From positions 1-60,506 of the forward strand of contig JAEOTX010000150.1 in NCBI GenBank assembly GCA_016839605.1: a stretch of DNA of 60,506 nt, given 5' to 3'. The DNA is from Candidatus Thorarchaeota archaeon (GTDB taxonomy: Archaea > Asgardarchaeota > Thorarchaeia > Thorarchaeales > Thorarchaeaceae). Positions 8,633 through 18,177 of this stretch are shown here, in pieces. Made by a program: the position numbers and the translations under genes. Under the pieces are notes generated by a model. It saw nothing but the letters and a program-made list of their open reading frames with translations, had not been told where the DNA came from and made no database searches. Within the stretch, counting starts at the first letter, position 1; each line of letters opens with the position of its first letter.

Positions 8633-10519
8633 ATGTCTGGAGCCAGATGGGACGAGAAGTACAAGAAGAAAATACTTCCATCCAAGGATGCCATCAAGAA
8701 GATTAAGAGAGGAACTCGAATCTTCCTAGGAACGGGGTGTGGAGTACCATATCATTTGGTGCAGGAGTTGGCGAATTATTCGGATCAGATGTCCGATAAT
8801 GAAATAGTCCATCTGCTCACACTGGGCGACACGCCGTCAGCAGATCCAAAGTTCCAAGCTCAATTCAGACATAACACCTTTTTTGTTTCAGAGAACATCC
8901 GTAACGCAGTTTCAGAGGGCCGAGCCGACTACTCACCAATAATGCTCTCTGACATCCCTCGTCTCTTTCGGACCAAGAGGATGCCTCTCGATGTAGCTTT
9001 GATACAGATTAGTCCGCCTGATGAACATGGGTTCAGCTCCATGGGTATCTCTGTTGACATCACCAAGTCCGCTGCAGAAAGTGCTGATTTAGTGATAGCT
9101 CAGGTCAATGACAAGATGCCTGTCACTCATGGCGACTCATTCATTGACATCAGAGATATCGATTATCTAGTCCCATTCAATGAACCTCTAAGGGAGTTCG
9201 AATCACACGAAGGTGATGAAACTATAGACCTCATTGGTGCCTATGTTGCACGACTTATCGAGAACGAGTCTACTCTGGAGCTAGGAATCGGGGCTCTACC
9301 ACAGGCTGTCTGTAACAATCTTCAGGAAACTGGTGTCATAGACCTCGGAATCCACACGGAGATGTTTAGCGACAGTCTAATTCCTCTAATAGAGAGTGGA
9401 GTTGTCACGAACAAGAAGAAGAGCATTCATAGAGGTCAGGTCATTGCGAGTTTTGCTATGGGCACCAAGAAACTCTATGAATATATACACAACAATCCGA
9501 TGTTTCACTTTCATGACACAGCCTACGTCAATGACCCATATGTCATAGGGCAGAACAAGAAAATGATAGCTATCAACTCAGCCCTTGAGATTGACCTGAC
9601 AGGTCAGGTGTGCGCAGACTCTATTGGACATAAGTTCTACAGTGGTATTGGCGGTCAAGTAGACTTCATCCGTGGAGCTTCGAGGTCACCTGGGGGCAAG
9701 GCCATCATTTGTATGCAGTCAACAGCCATGGACGGCAAGGTGTCACGGATTGTGCCACGGCTAAGTGAAGGTGCAGGAGTAGTAACGACACGTGGTGATG
9801 TTGATGTCGTGATAACCGAGTTTGGTCTAGCAATATTGCATGGAAAGACCATCAGAGAACGAGTTCTATCACTGATTGCAGTTGCACATCCCGACTTCAG
9901 AAACGATCTGCTTGAGGCTGCAAAGAAGATGCACTATGTCTTCGAGGACCAAGTACCATTCCAAGTCCAGGGGACCTACTTCCCAACAGAATATGAATAT
10001 CAGGAAACGTTCAAAGGTGTGGAGGGGCCTGTTACCGTCCACTTTAGACTCACTCGGCCAGACGATTCAGATAGGATTAAGGGCCTATTCTATGGCCTCT
10101 CAGAAGAGAGCATATATTTCAGGTTCTTAACGCCTCTGAAGAGCCTACCCAGACGAACCCTGCAAGACTTCTACGATGTAGATGCCGACAGAGATGTGTC
10201 TATTGTAGCAGTTGTCAGTCCAAGCGACGAAGGTGAGTCTGAGATAATCATAGGGGCAGGAAGGTATTTACTCAATAGAAGTACAAACGAGGCTGAGTTT
10301 GCCCTTCTTATCCGAGATGAGTATCAAGGAATGGGGATTGGGAGTTTCATGCTCTCTCACCTGATGCGAATTGCTAAGAGCAAGGGTGTGGAGGCTTTTG
10401 TCGCGTTTGTACACCCAAGGAATCAGCCTATGATCAGATTCCTGCACAAGACAGGGAAGATAGTTGAGAGTCATCTGAATATGCAGGACGACGAGTACAC
10501 TTTCAAGCTCAAACTTTGA
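8633..10519 (+). CDS. acetyl-CoA hydrolase/CoA-transferase family domain fused to a C-terminal Pat-type GNAT acetyltransferase
   Basis: The track ORF starts at 8555. The start is placed at ATG 8633 (MSGARWDEKYKKKIL) by alignment with the paralog start MASKEWTDKYKDKIL. The N-terminal ~480 aa are CoA-transferase-like (GTGCGVP, INSALEIDLTGQV, GIGGQVDF). The C-terminal ~170 aa are GNAT (YFRFL, AEFALLIRDEYQGMGIG). Confidence 0.85.
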   Translation: MSGARWDEKYKKKILPSKDAIKKIKRGTRIFLGTGCGVPYHLVQELANYSDQMSDNEIVHLLTLGDTPSADPKFQAQFRHNTFFVSENIRNAVSEGRADYSPIMLSDIPRLFRTKRMPLDVALIQISPPDEHGFSSMGISVDITKSAAESADLVIAQVNDKMPVTHGDSFIDIRDIDYLVPFNEPLREFESHEGDETIDLIGAYVARLIENESTLELGIGALPQAVCNNLQETGVIDLGIHTEMFSDSLIPLIESGVVTNKKKSIHRGQVIASFAMGTKKLYEYIHNNPMFHFHDTAYVNDPYVIGQNKKMIAINSALEIDLTGQVCADSIGHKFYSGIGGQVDFIRGASRSPGGKAIICMQSTAMDGKVSRIVPRLSEGAGVVTTRGDVDVVITEFGLAILHGKTIRERVLSLIAVAHPDFRNDLLEAAKKMHYVFEDQVPFQVQGTYFPTEYEYQETFKGVEGPVTVHFRLTRPDDSDRIKGLFYGLSEESIYFRFLTPLKSLPRRTLQDFYDVDADRDVSIVAVVSPSDEGESEIIIGAGRYLLNRSTNEAEFALLIRDEYQGMGIGSFMLSHLMRIAKSKGVEAFVAFVHPRNQPMIRFLHKTGKIVESHLNMQDDEYTFKLKL

Positions 10520-10589
10520 CCTGCTAGTCTGTTGGAAATCTCTATATGGCCCGTAAGACCTTGAATCTAGCAATCTAGAGGAGAGATGG

Positions 10590-12482
10590 ATGGCCAGCAA
10601 GGAATGGACTGACAAGTACAAGGACAAGATACTGTCAGGAAACCAAGCTATAAAGAAAATCAAGCGAGGTACTCGTATTTTTCTTGGGACTGGCTGTGGG
10701 GTGCCATTCCATCTCATGCAGGAGCTGGCGAAGAACGCACATAAAATGGCGGATAATGAGATAATCCATATGATTTCACTGGGAGATACACCTTCTGCAG
10801 ACCCACATTTTCAGGAGCATTTCAGGCACAATACCTTCTTTGTATCAGACAACATTCGTTCTGCTGTCTATGATGGCAGGGCAGACTATACACCGACGCA
10901 TCTATCCGACATTCCAATGTTCTTCAGTACAAGAAGGATACCACTGGATGTTGCTCTGATTCAGGTCAGTCCACCTGACGAACATGGATACTGCTCACTG
11001 GGCATCTCTGTTGACATCACCAAGTCAGCAGCGGAACATGCAGATCTAGTCATTGCTCAAGTCAATGAAAACATGCCTGTCACTCATGGTGATTCATTCT
11101 TTCATCTACGAGACATCAATCATCTAGTATGTCACAATGAACCAATTAGGGAGTTTGAGGCAGAAGAACCAGATGAAAAGAGCGATCTCATTGGCAGTTA
11201 TGTTGCTAGATTGATCGAAAATGATTCGACCATTGAGCTGGGTGTTGGGAAACTACAGAGAGCAGCAGTCAAGCATCTGATGAACTCGGATGTCAGAGAC
11301 TTGGGGATTCACACAGAGAGATTTGGAGACTGCATCATCGATTTGATTGAGAGCGGGATTGTAACAAACAAGAAGAAGAGCATCAACAGAAACAAGATCA
11401 CAACGAGCTTTGCGATGGGCACACAGAAACTCTATGATTATGTTAACAACAATCCTATGTTCGAGTTCCGTGACACCTCATATGTCAACAATCCTTCTAT
11501 TATCGCTCAGAACCACAAAATGGTGGCAATCAACTCAGCCCTGGAGGTAGACCTCACAGGCCAAGTCTGTTCTGATTCCATTGGTCATAGGTTCTATAGT
11601 GGAATAGGAGGCCAGGTGGACTTTATCCGAGGCGCATCCATGTCTCCAGGTGGAAAAGCAATAATCTGTATGTCATCCACCGCATTGGATGGGACTGTTT
11701 CAAGAATAGTACCTCGCCTCAGCGAGGGATCTGGTGTGGTTACGACGCGGGGTGATGTTGAGGTCGTTATAACCGAATATGGCCAAGCAACCCTCAGGGG
11801 ACGGACAATTCGAGAACGCGTGTTGTCTTTGATTGCGATTGCGCATCCCCAGTTCCGAAATGAGTTACTTGAAGCTGCTAAGGAGATGAGATACGTCTTT
11901 AGTGATCAGATTCCGTTTCAGGTCAAAGGCACGTACTTCCCCCTCGAGTATGAGGCACATGAGATGTTTGAAGGTCCCGATGGCGAGGTAGATGTCCGCT
12001 TTCGACTAATCAGGCCTGATGATTCTGATAGAATCAAGGAGCTATTTTATGGTCTTAGTGAGGAGTCCATCTTCTTCAGGTTCCTCACACCCTTAGAGAG
12101 CCTTCGTAGACAGACATTGCAGGACTTCTATAACGTAGACCAGTCTAGAGACATCAGTATAGTGGCAACAATCTGCTGTGATGAGGACGGCACAACTGAG
12201 AGAATTATTGGTGCAGGACGGTATCTTCTCGACTGGCATAAGAATGAAGCGGAGTTTGCCATCCTCATTCATGATGATTACCAGAAGAAGGGTATAGGCA
12301 CCTATTTACTCGGGCACCTGATGCGGATTGCCAAGAGCAAGGGAGTGAAGGTCTTCCTAGCCTACGTACATCCAGAGAATCAGCCTATGATCAGATTTCT
12401 ACAGAAATTTGGGCTATCTATGGTCTTGGAATCATACCCCAATATCCAAGAAAACGAATACATCTTCAAATTGATACTCTAG
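10590..12482 (+). CDS. CoA-transferase family / Pat-type GNAT fusion, tandem paralog
   Basis: 630 aa, colinear and highly similar to 8633..10519 over the full length. Confidence 0.85.
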   Translation: MASKEWTDKYKDKILSGNQAIKKIKRGTRIFLGTGCGVPFHLMQELAKNAHKMADNEIIHMISLGDTPSADPHFQEHFRHNTFFVSDNIRSAVYDGRADYTPTHLSDIPMFFSTRRIPLDVALIQVSPPDEHGYCSLGISVDITKSAAEHADLVIAQVNENMPVTHGDSFFHLRDINHLVCHNEPIREFEAEEPDEKSDLIGSYVARLIENDSTIELGVGKLQRAAVKHLMNSDVRDLGIHTERFGDCIIDLIESGIVTNKKKSINRNKITTSFAMGTQKLYDYVNNNPMFEFRDTSYVNNPSIIAQNHKMVAINSALEVDLTGQVCSDSIGHRFYSGIGGQVDFIRGASMSPGGKAIICMSSTALDGTVSRIVPRLSEGSGVVTTRGDVEVVITEYGQATLRGRTIRERVLSLIAIAHPQFRNELLEAAKEMRYVFSDQIPFQVKGTYFPLEYEAHEMFEGPDGEVDVRFRLIRPDDSDRIKELFYGLSEESIFFRFLTPLESLRRQTLQDFYNVDQSRDISIVATICCDEDGTTERIIGAGRYLLDWHKNEAEFAILIHDDYQKKGIGTYLLGHLMRIAKSKGVKVFLAYVHPENQPMIRFLQKFGLSMVLESYPNIQENEYIFKLIL

Positions 12483-12562
12483 TCCCCAATGGGAAAATCA
12501 GCCCAGTCAGAAAGCGCTAATACCCCGTTTCACTAGGAGAAATACAGTGGAGAGATGTACCT

Positions 12563-13771
12563 ATGAAAGAGATTCTCCTGAAAGCTGGAACTGTGATAAT
12601 TGGAGATGGGTCTGTAGAAAACGATGTGTCGATTCTAATACAGGGCGGTAAGATAGCCAAGATTAGCTCTGAAACCGCTTCAGTATCTGGTTCTGAGGTT
12701 CTAGACTTCTCTGATCGTGTCATCTTGCCAGGAATTATTGACACACATGTTCATGTATGCCATGATGGAACCAATCCAGATCCGGCAGAAATTAAGAAAC
12801 ACTCTGATGAATACTTAGCAATTCGTGGGGCTAAATTTGCGGAGCAGCTATTGAATGCCGGAGTCACAACGGCCGGAGATGCTGCCGGAAGAAGTGAGGT
12901 ACCATTCGCAGTCCGGAGCGCAATAAAAGAGGGCTATGTGAATGGGCCACGGTTACTTGTCTGTGGAAGAATGATCACCATTTCCGCAGGTAGAGGGGCA
13001 TATGGCGGGAGCAATGAGGCTAATGGTCCTGATGATGTGAGAAGAGCAACTAGAGAAGAACTTGGTCGAGGCGCGGATTTCATCAAGCTAGCAGCCACAG
13101 GTGCGATTTCGTCAGAGAGTACGGAGAGCTTCACAACTCAGTTCAATCAAGATGAACTGCAGGCTGCTACCGAGGAGGCGCATAAGCTTGGAAAGAAGAC
13201 ACATGCTCATGCATATGGAGAGCCTGGTGGAGTCAATACAGTGTTAGCTGGAGTAGATGTCATTGTCCATGGACATCCAATGACAAAGAAGACGATAGAA
13301 CTTGCCAAGAAACATGGCACTCAATTCATGCCAACACTCACGACTTACTATGAATCCCTACAGCATCATGACGAGGGTCAGCTTCCCGAATATATGGTCC
13401 GCAAGGAAAAAGAACTGTTCCCACTAATAGAAGGCGGGTTCAGGAACGCGGTGAAGGCTGGACTGGAGATTGTACTTGGAACCGATTCTGGAATGCCATA
13501 TACGCCATTCGGACCTTCCTCCATGGAGGAGATGGAACTCATGGTTCGACTTGGTGGGATGAGTGAGATGGACGCGATAGTGGCTGGAACGAAAGACGCT
13601 GCAAAGGCTCTGAGTATCGACAAATATGTTGGGACCATTGAGGTCGGGAAGTCTGCCGATCTGCTGGTATTGGAGAGTGGACTAGACCCACTGAAAGACC
13701 TTGCACGTCTTCAGACTCCTGAATCGGTCGAGATGGTGATTCTCGAAGGCAAGCCTGTGATTAAGCGTTAG
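12563..13771 (+). CDS. metal-dependent amidohydrolase family protein
   Basis: 402 aa. Contains PGIIDTHVHV (HxH metal site), FIKLAATG, HAHAYG and LGTDSG, typical of the amidohydrolase/imidazolonepropionase-like superfamily. Confidence 0.85.
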   Translation: MKEILLKAGTVIIGDGSVENDVSILIQGGKIAKISSETASVSGSEVLDFSDRVILPGIIDTHVHVCHDGTNPDPAEIKKHSDEYLAIRGAKFAEQLLNAGVTTAGDAAGRSEVPFAVRSAIKEGYVNGPRLLVCGRMITISAGRGAYGGSNEANGPDDVRRATREELGRGADFIKLAATGAISSESTESFTTQFNQDELQAATEEAHKLGKKTHAHAYGEPGGVNTVLAGVDVIVHGHPMTKKTIELAKKHGTQFMPTLTTYYESLQHHDEGQLPEYMVRKEKELFPLIEGGFRNAVKAGLEIVLGTDSGMPYTPFGPSSMEEMELMVRLGGMSEMDAIVAGTKDAAKALSIDKYVGTIEVGKSADLLVLESGLDPLKDLARLQTPESVEMVILEGKPVIKR

Positions 13772-13822
13772 TTTACCGATTCACTTGAAGAGTTTCGGAA
13801 GCTTGTCTAGCTGGAGAAGCAA

Positions 13823-13900
13823 TGGTGGGCCCGGGGTGATTCGAACACCCGACATCCGCCTTATCAGAGCGGCGCAATAACCAGGCTATGCCACGGGCCC
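13823..13900 (-). tRNA. tRNA-Ile (anticodon GAU), CCA encoded, no intron
   Basis: Reverse complement folds as GGGCCCG-TG-GCAT-AGCCTGGTTA-TTGC-G-CCGCT-CTGATAA-GGCGG-ATGTC-GGGTG-TTCGAAT-CACCC-CGGGCCC-A-CCA. Confidence 0.9.
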
Positions 13901-14016
13901 CGCGCTTTAGTCTGCACATGGGTCTGGATAAAAACATATTGGCCAAAGACCATCGATAATAAATTCCCGGGGTCTATCATAAGACATATTAACAATAGTT
14001 AATATTTCGGTATGGG

Positions 14017-14421
14017 TTGGAAGCTACTACTATGAGTGTGCCTAAGAAGGAAAGAAGTATCAGTGCCAATGATCTATTGAGGTTCATCCTTGAACTCTGG
14101 GCCCTTGTTGCTTTCGGTTACTGGGGTTTAGACCAAGATCTTGGACTGCTAAATTATGCTCTCATGCTGATTCTTCCAATAGCAGTTGCAACTGTGTGGG
14201 GAATCTTTGCCGTTCCAAACGACCCAAGTAGGTCTGGCGGTGCACCAGTTCCTGTTTCAGGAGCTGTTCGCCTTTTGCTCGAATTTCTAATTCTTGGTTC
14301 TGCAGCTTGGTCAATGTATGTAGTGGGATTGTTGTATCTCAGTTTGATATTCGGAACTCTAGTCATCATTCATTACATATTTGCCCATGAGAGAATCAGA
14401 TGGCTTCTGAACACCAAATAA
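14017..14421 (+). CDS. small integral membrane protein (YrdB/DUF2568-like, tentative)
   Basis: 134 aa with four hydrophobic helices. The start may be ATG 14032 (MSVPKK). Confidence 0.5.
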   Translation: MEATTMSVPKKERSISANDLLRFILELWALVAFGYWGLDQDLGLLNYALMLILPIAVATVWGIFAVPNDPSRSGGAPVPVSGAVRLLLEFLILGSAAWSMYVVGLLYLSLIFGTLVIIHYIFAHERIRWLLNTK

Positions 14422-14429
14422 CTGTAGCT

Positions 14430-15317
14430 TCAAGATTGACTAAGAACCTCAGGGACAACTTCTCTGATTGTTTGAAGTGACTCCATTACCTCTTCAGTGG
14501 TCAACTCGAATATGAGGGGGCCCTTAAAGTCGTTCTTCTTCAATTCTAGAAGGAAATCCCGAACAGGTAGTTCTCCCTTCCCGATGATGAGATGATCCTC
14601 ATACTTGCCTGGAGTTCCTGTATCGATGCCATCGTTGAGATGAACTTCCACTATCCTATCACGATGCTGCCTATAGAACTCAAGAACAGACTCATCACCA
14701 GACTGTTTTGTAAGGGCATGCCCGGTGTCAAAACAGATGCCAGTGTCATGTTCATCTATTATGTCACGTGTGAAATCGAAGGGAAACTCGATATTCTCGA
14801 TGGCCAGCTTCCGAGGATCTATCTCTGTCTTGCTGATAATTTCATCCACACTCTTCATCGAGAATGAGGTCATATATCCGCAGACAAGGAGATTCATGGC
14901 TTCAGAAGTTTTGCTCCTGAGAAACTCAGCTGCCAGTGAACCAGAAGTATGGAGGACATAAGCCTCAGGTTCTAGTGGCTCCGACGTCTTGATTGAGTGG
15001 CAGATGCTCTCGACACCGCCTGTTCTGATGAAGTCATTAAAAGTAGCCAGCTCGATTGACCATAGAGGGAGATGTACTGAGTAAGAGTGACCAAGCTCAT
15101 CCTTCAAATCAACAAGTTTGGAGATTACTTCTGGCGTAATAGAACCAGGCACCATGTGCTCCATCTCAATGGTGAGCTCGACCACTTCGATGTGCTCTAT
15201 TCCCACGACTTCCCTTACAATGTCCACTAGGTTTAGACGGGAGAAGTCTGGAACGCCGTCTGCCAGAATCCGCTGAACGGCTGGCAGGAACTCAATAGCG
15301 ACTGTTCCAAATCGCAT
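14430..15317 (-). CDS. sugar phosphate isomerase/epimerase (xylose isomerase-like TIM barrel)
   Basis: 295 aa. VHLPLW, ICFDTGHA, EVHLNDG and ELPVRDFL.ELKKNDFKGPLIFE match the AP-endonuclease-2/TIM-barrel family pattern. Confidence 0.7.
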   Translation of the reverse strand: MRFGTVAIEFLPAVQRILADGVPDFSRLNLVDIVREVVGIEHIEVVELTIEMEHMVPGSITPEVISKLVDLKDELGHSYSVHLPLWSIELATFNDFIRTGGVESICHSIKTSEPLEPEAYVLHTSGSLAAEFLRSKTSEAMNLLVCGYMTSFSMKSVDEIISKTEIDPRKLAIENIEFPFDFTRDIIDEHDTGICFDTGHALTKQSGDESVLEFYRQHRDRIVEVHLNDGIDTGTPGKYEDHLIIGKGELPVRDFLLELKKNDFKGPLIFELTTEEVMESLQTIREVVPEVLSQS

Positions 15318-15335
15318 TCCGGATGTTTCACCTCA

Positions 15336-17489
15336 TCAGAATAGACCAGCAAGCCAGGCATGTACCTCTGCAATCAGTGGGAGGAACAGAGTTGCTGTGA
15401 GTGTTATCACCACTAGCAGTGTGTTGATTGAGGGGCCAGCTGTGTCCTTGAATGGGTCTCCGACCATGTCTCCGGTTACAGAGATATCATGAACTCGATG
15501 CCAGTCATCAGTTCCCTGTTCATATGTGGTGTATTCGGGCGACTCGATGATCTTTTTGGTATTGTCCCACGCTCCTCCAGCGTTGTCCATCAAAAGGGCC
15601 AGTATCAGACCTGCCATGACGGCACCACCTAGAAAGCCTGCCAGAGCCTCAAGCCCGAGAATCACTCCTGTGGCGAGAGTCACAGTGATTGCAATCAGAG
15701 TACCGGGCATTAGCTCTCGGATGGACCCAGATGTTGCAATAGCGATGCACCGATCATAGTCAGGCCTTGATGTGCCCGCTAGAATACCAGGGTCTTCATC
15801 GAACTGCCTGCGAATCTCAGTAATCATCCTCTCCGAGTTCCGCTCAACACCGAGAATGAGGATTGCAGAGAATACCACTGGCACCAGAGCGCCAATCAGG
15901 GCGCCCGCCAGAACTGCTGGGTCTGCGAGGTTCACTACAGTGAGACCCTCTATTCCTACTATATTGAGTGTGTCTGTTGACTCGATATATGCCGCAAAGA
16001 GTGCGAGTACTGAGATTGCAGATGCACCTATTGCGAATCCCTTTGTGATTGCCTTGGCAGTGTTTCCACTCGCATCCAACTTGTCACAGGCTATAATTGC
16101 CTCCCTAGATGCCTGAGCCTGTTCTATGACACCCCTTGCATTGTCCACAATCGGGCCATATGCATCAGCACTCATGATCATGCCATTAGTTGACAGAAGC
16201 CCTACGGCTGCAATGGCCACACAGTAGATGCCGCCCTCCCATTCTCCAAACTCTAGTCCAGCACCAAGGAGGTAGGAAACCACCATAGCAATTGCGATTC
16301 CAATGACAGATGGTACAACACTCAACAGTCCGTATGAGTATCCAGACAGAATCAGGTTCGCTGCACTCTTCTCTGCTGACTCGACCATCTTAGGCACGGG
16401 CTTGAAGCCTGCGAATCCTCTATCGCTGGTAAAGACATCACTGGTGAAACCAATGAATACTCCTGCAAGGAGTCCGATAATGGCTGCTCCTGCAATGATG
16501 AGGCTTAGACCAAGGGCAATGACTGTTACGATTGCAAAGACCGCAAACAGGATGGTTGTGATATAGGTCCCCATATTCAGTATGGGGCCAGGATCTTGGC
16601 CCTCCTTTGGATTGACAAGGAAGACTCCCAAGACTGATGCAATAGCTCCAAGAGCTGCAATCATGAGAGGCAGAAGCGCAAAGGGAAGGGCTGGAGCAAA
16701 GTGGAGGTCTATTCCTGCGCCCAAGATTCCTGCTGCAAGGATTGCAGCCACATTGCTGTCATAGATGTCGGCTCCTGTACCAGCTACATCTCCCACGTTG
16801 TCCCCGACAGCGTCAGCCACTGCAGCAGGATTTCGGGGATCATCTTCAGGGATGTGATGCTCAATCTTGCCAACAAGATCCGCTGAGAGGTCTGCTGTCT
16901 TCGTATAGATTCCTCCTCCAGCCTTTGCAAACAATGCTACAGTGCTTGCTCCAAATGAGAACCCAGTTATGATCTCCCATAGACCAGCCGGGCGTGGAAT
17001 CACGACAAAGATTATGTCAGGCAGTAAGTTCCAGAGCAGGTAAAGTGACCCGAGACCTACGAGTGCAATTCCTGCAATCATTAGACCCATGACAGAACCT
17101 GCTCGGAAAGCTACCTTAAAGGCAGGATTCAGCCCACCTGAGGCTGCCGCTGCTGCTGTTCGGCGGTTCGCCTTTGTTGCCACTACAACTCCAATGAATC
17201 CAGCTGCCATGCTGGCTAGTGAACCCAGGAAGTAGGAGATCGCTATTGGAATGCCAAAGTCCCTGAAAATGAGAGCGATCAAGACTGCAAGAATGATTGT
17301 GAATATTGTAAGAATACGATACTGAACCTTGATGAATGAGTAGGCACCGTCCTCAATGAGCGCACTCACCTCACGCATTTTCTCGTCGCCTTCATCCGCT
17401 TTGTTTACCATGTAAAAGATGTAGAGAGCAACGAATATTGACAAAAGACCTGAACCTATTGCTACGCCAAGGAATAGAATGGCCGACAT
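15336..17489 (-). CDS. hppA: membrane-bound H+/Na+-translocating pyrophosphatase
   Basis: 717 aa, polytopic. Diagnostic motifs GGGIYTKTADLSADLVGK, DNVGDVAG, DAYGPIVDNA, GNTAKAITKGFAIGSA-like, DNAGGAWDN and GDMVGDPFKDTAGPS. Confidence 0.96.
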   Translation of the reverse strand: MSAILFLGVAIGSGLLSIFVALYIFYMVNKADEGDEKMREVSALIEDGAYSFIKVQYRILTIFTIILAVLIALIFRDFGIPIAISYFLGSLASMAAGFIGVVVATKANRRTAAAAASGGLNPAFKVAFRAGSVMGLMIAGIALVGLGSLYLLWNLLPDIIFVVIPRPAGLWEIITGFSFGASTVALFAKAGGGIYTKTADLSADLVGKIEHHIPEDDPRNPAAVADAVGDNVGDVAGTGADIYDSNVAAILAAGILGAGIDLHFAPALPFALLPLMIAALGAIASVLGVFLVNPKEGQDPGPILNMGTYITTILFAVFAIVTVIALGLSLIIAGAAIIGLLAGVFIGFTSDVFTSDRGFAGFKPVPKMVESAEKSAANLILSGYSYGLLSVVPSVIGIAIAMVVSYLLGAGLEFGEWEGGIYCVAIAAVGLLSTNGMIMSADAYGPIVDNARGVIEQAQASREAIIACDKLDASGNTAKAITKGFAIGASAISVLALFAAYIESTDTLNIVGIEGLTVVNLADPAVLAGALIGALVPVVFSAILILGVERNSERMITEIRRQFDEDPGILAGTSRPDYDRCIAIATSGSIRELMPGTLIAITVTLATGVILGLEALAGFLGGAVMAGLILALLMDNAGGAWDNTKKIIESPEYTTYEQGTDDWHRVHDISVTGDMVGDPFKDTAGPSINTLLVVITLTATLFLPLIAEVHAWLAGLF

Positions 17490-17566
17490 TTTCTATGCTC
17501 CTTATATTCCGTTTCGTAAGATGTCCTGTATATAGACCCTCCCAAATAGTCTGAGCCATGACAGGA

Positions 17567-18091
17567 CTAGAGTTTTCGTAACTGATGATTCTCAATTGCT
17601 GGGTCTAGCTCTAAGACTTCGACCTTCAGCATCTTGTCACCTTGACGGATCTGCTTGACGACATCAAATCCTTCGATTGTCTGACCAAACACCGTGTGCT
17701 TACCATCGAGATGCTTGCAGTTGTTCCCATTCAGGACTACAAAGAACTGAGACCCGCCCGTATCACGCCCTGCATGAGCCATTGAGAAAGATCCATCTTT
17801 GTGTTTCTGTCTTTGTCCACTTGTTTCACAAGGGATTCTATACCCTGGACCACCCGAACCAGTGCCCGTTGGGTCTCCGCCCTGTATTACGAAGTCGGGC
17901 ACTACACGATGGAACGTGAGGCCATTATAATATCCATCTTGAGCTAGAGCGACGAAGTTCTTGACCGTATTGATAGCATCATCTGACCAGAACTCTGCGA
18001 TGATGTCACCCTTGTTTGTCTGAATTTTGATTTTGGTTGCCAAAGATATCACCATAGTAATTGCTAGCCATACCGCCAGTTGTTTTTTCAC
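17567..18091 (-). CDS. ppiB: peptidyl-prolyl cis-trans isomerase, cyclophilin type, with N-terminal signal/anchor
   Basis: FHRVVPDFVIQGGDPTGTGSGGPGY, SMAHAG..TGGSQFFV and LDGKHTVFG motifs. Confidence 0.9.
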   Translation of the reverse strand: MKKQLAVWLAITMVISLATKIKIQTNKGDIIAEFWSDDAINTVKNFVALAQDGYYNGLTFHRVVPDFVIQGGDPTGTGSGGPGYRIPCETSGQRQKHKDGSFSMAHAGRDTGGSQFFVVLNGNNCKHLDGKHTVFGQTIEGFDVVKQIRQGDKMLKVEVLELDPAIENHQLRKL

Positions 18092-18177
18092 AATGCGACT
18101 CCCTCTTAGAGGTTACGAAGTGGTCATTGTCATAATGCTCATCATTCTTAAGCACACCAAACGACTCCCTCGCGGTC

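Noticed and set aside
15526-16972. Several 60-114-aa ORFs antisense to or out of frame with hppA, and similar ORFs inside acs, the GRE, ftsZ and the r-protein genes
   Set aside because: They are embedded in confidently identified genes, have biased low-complexity composition, and lack motifs. They are typical shadow ORFs.
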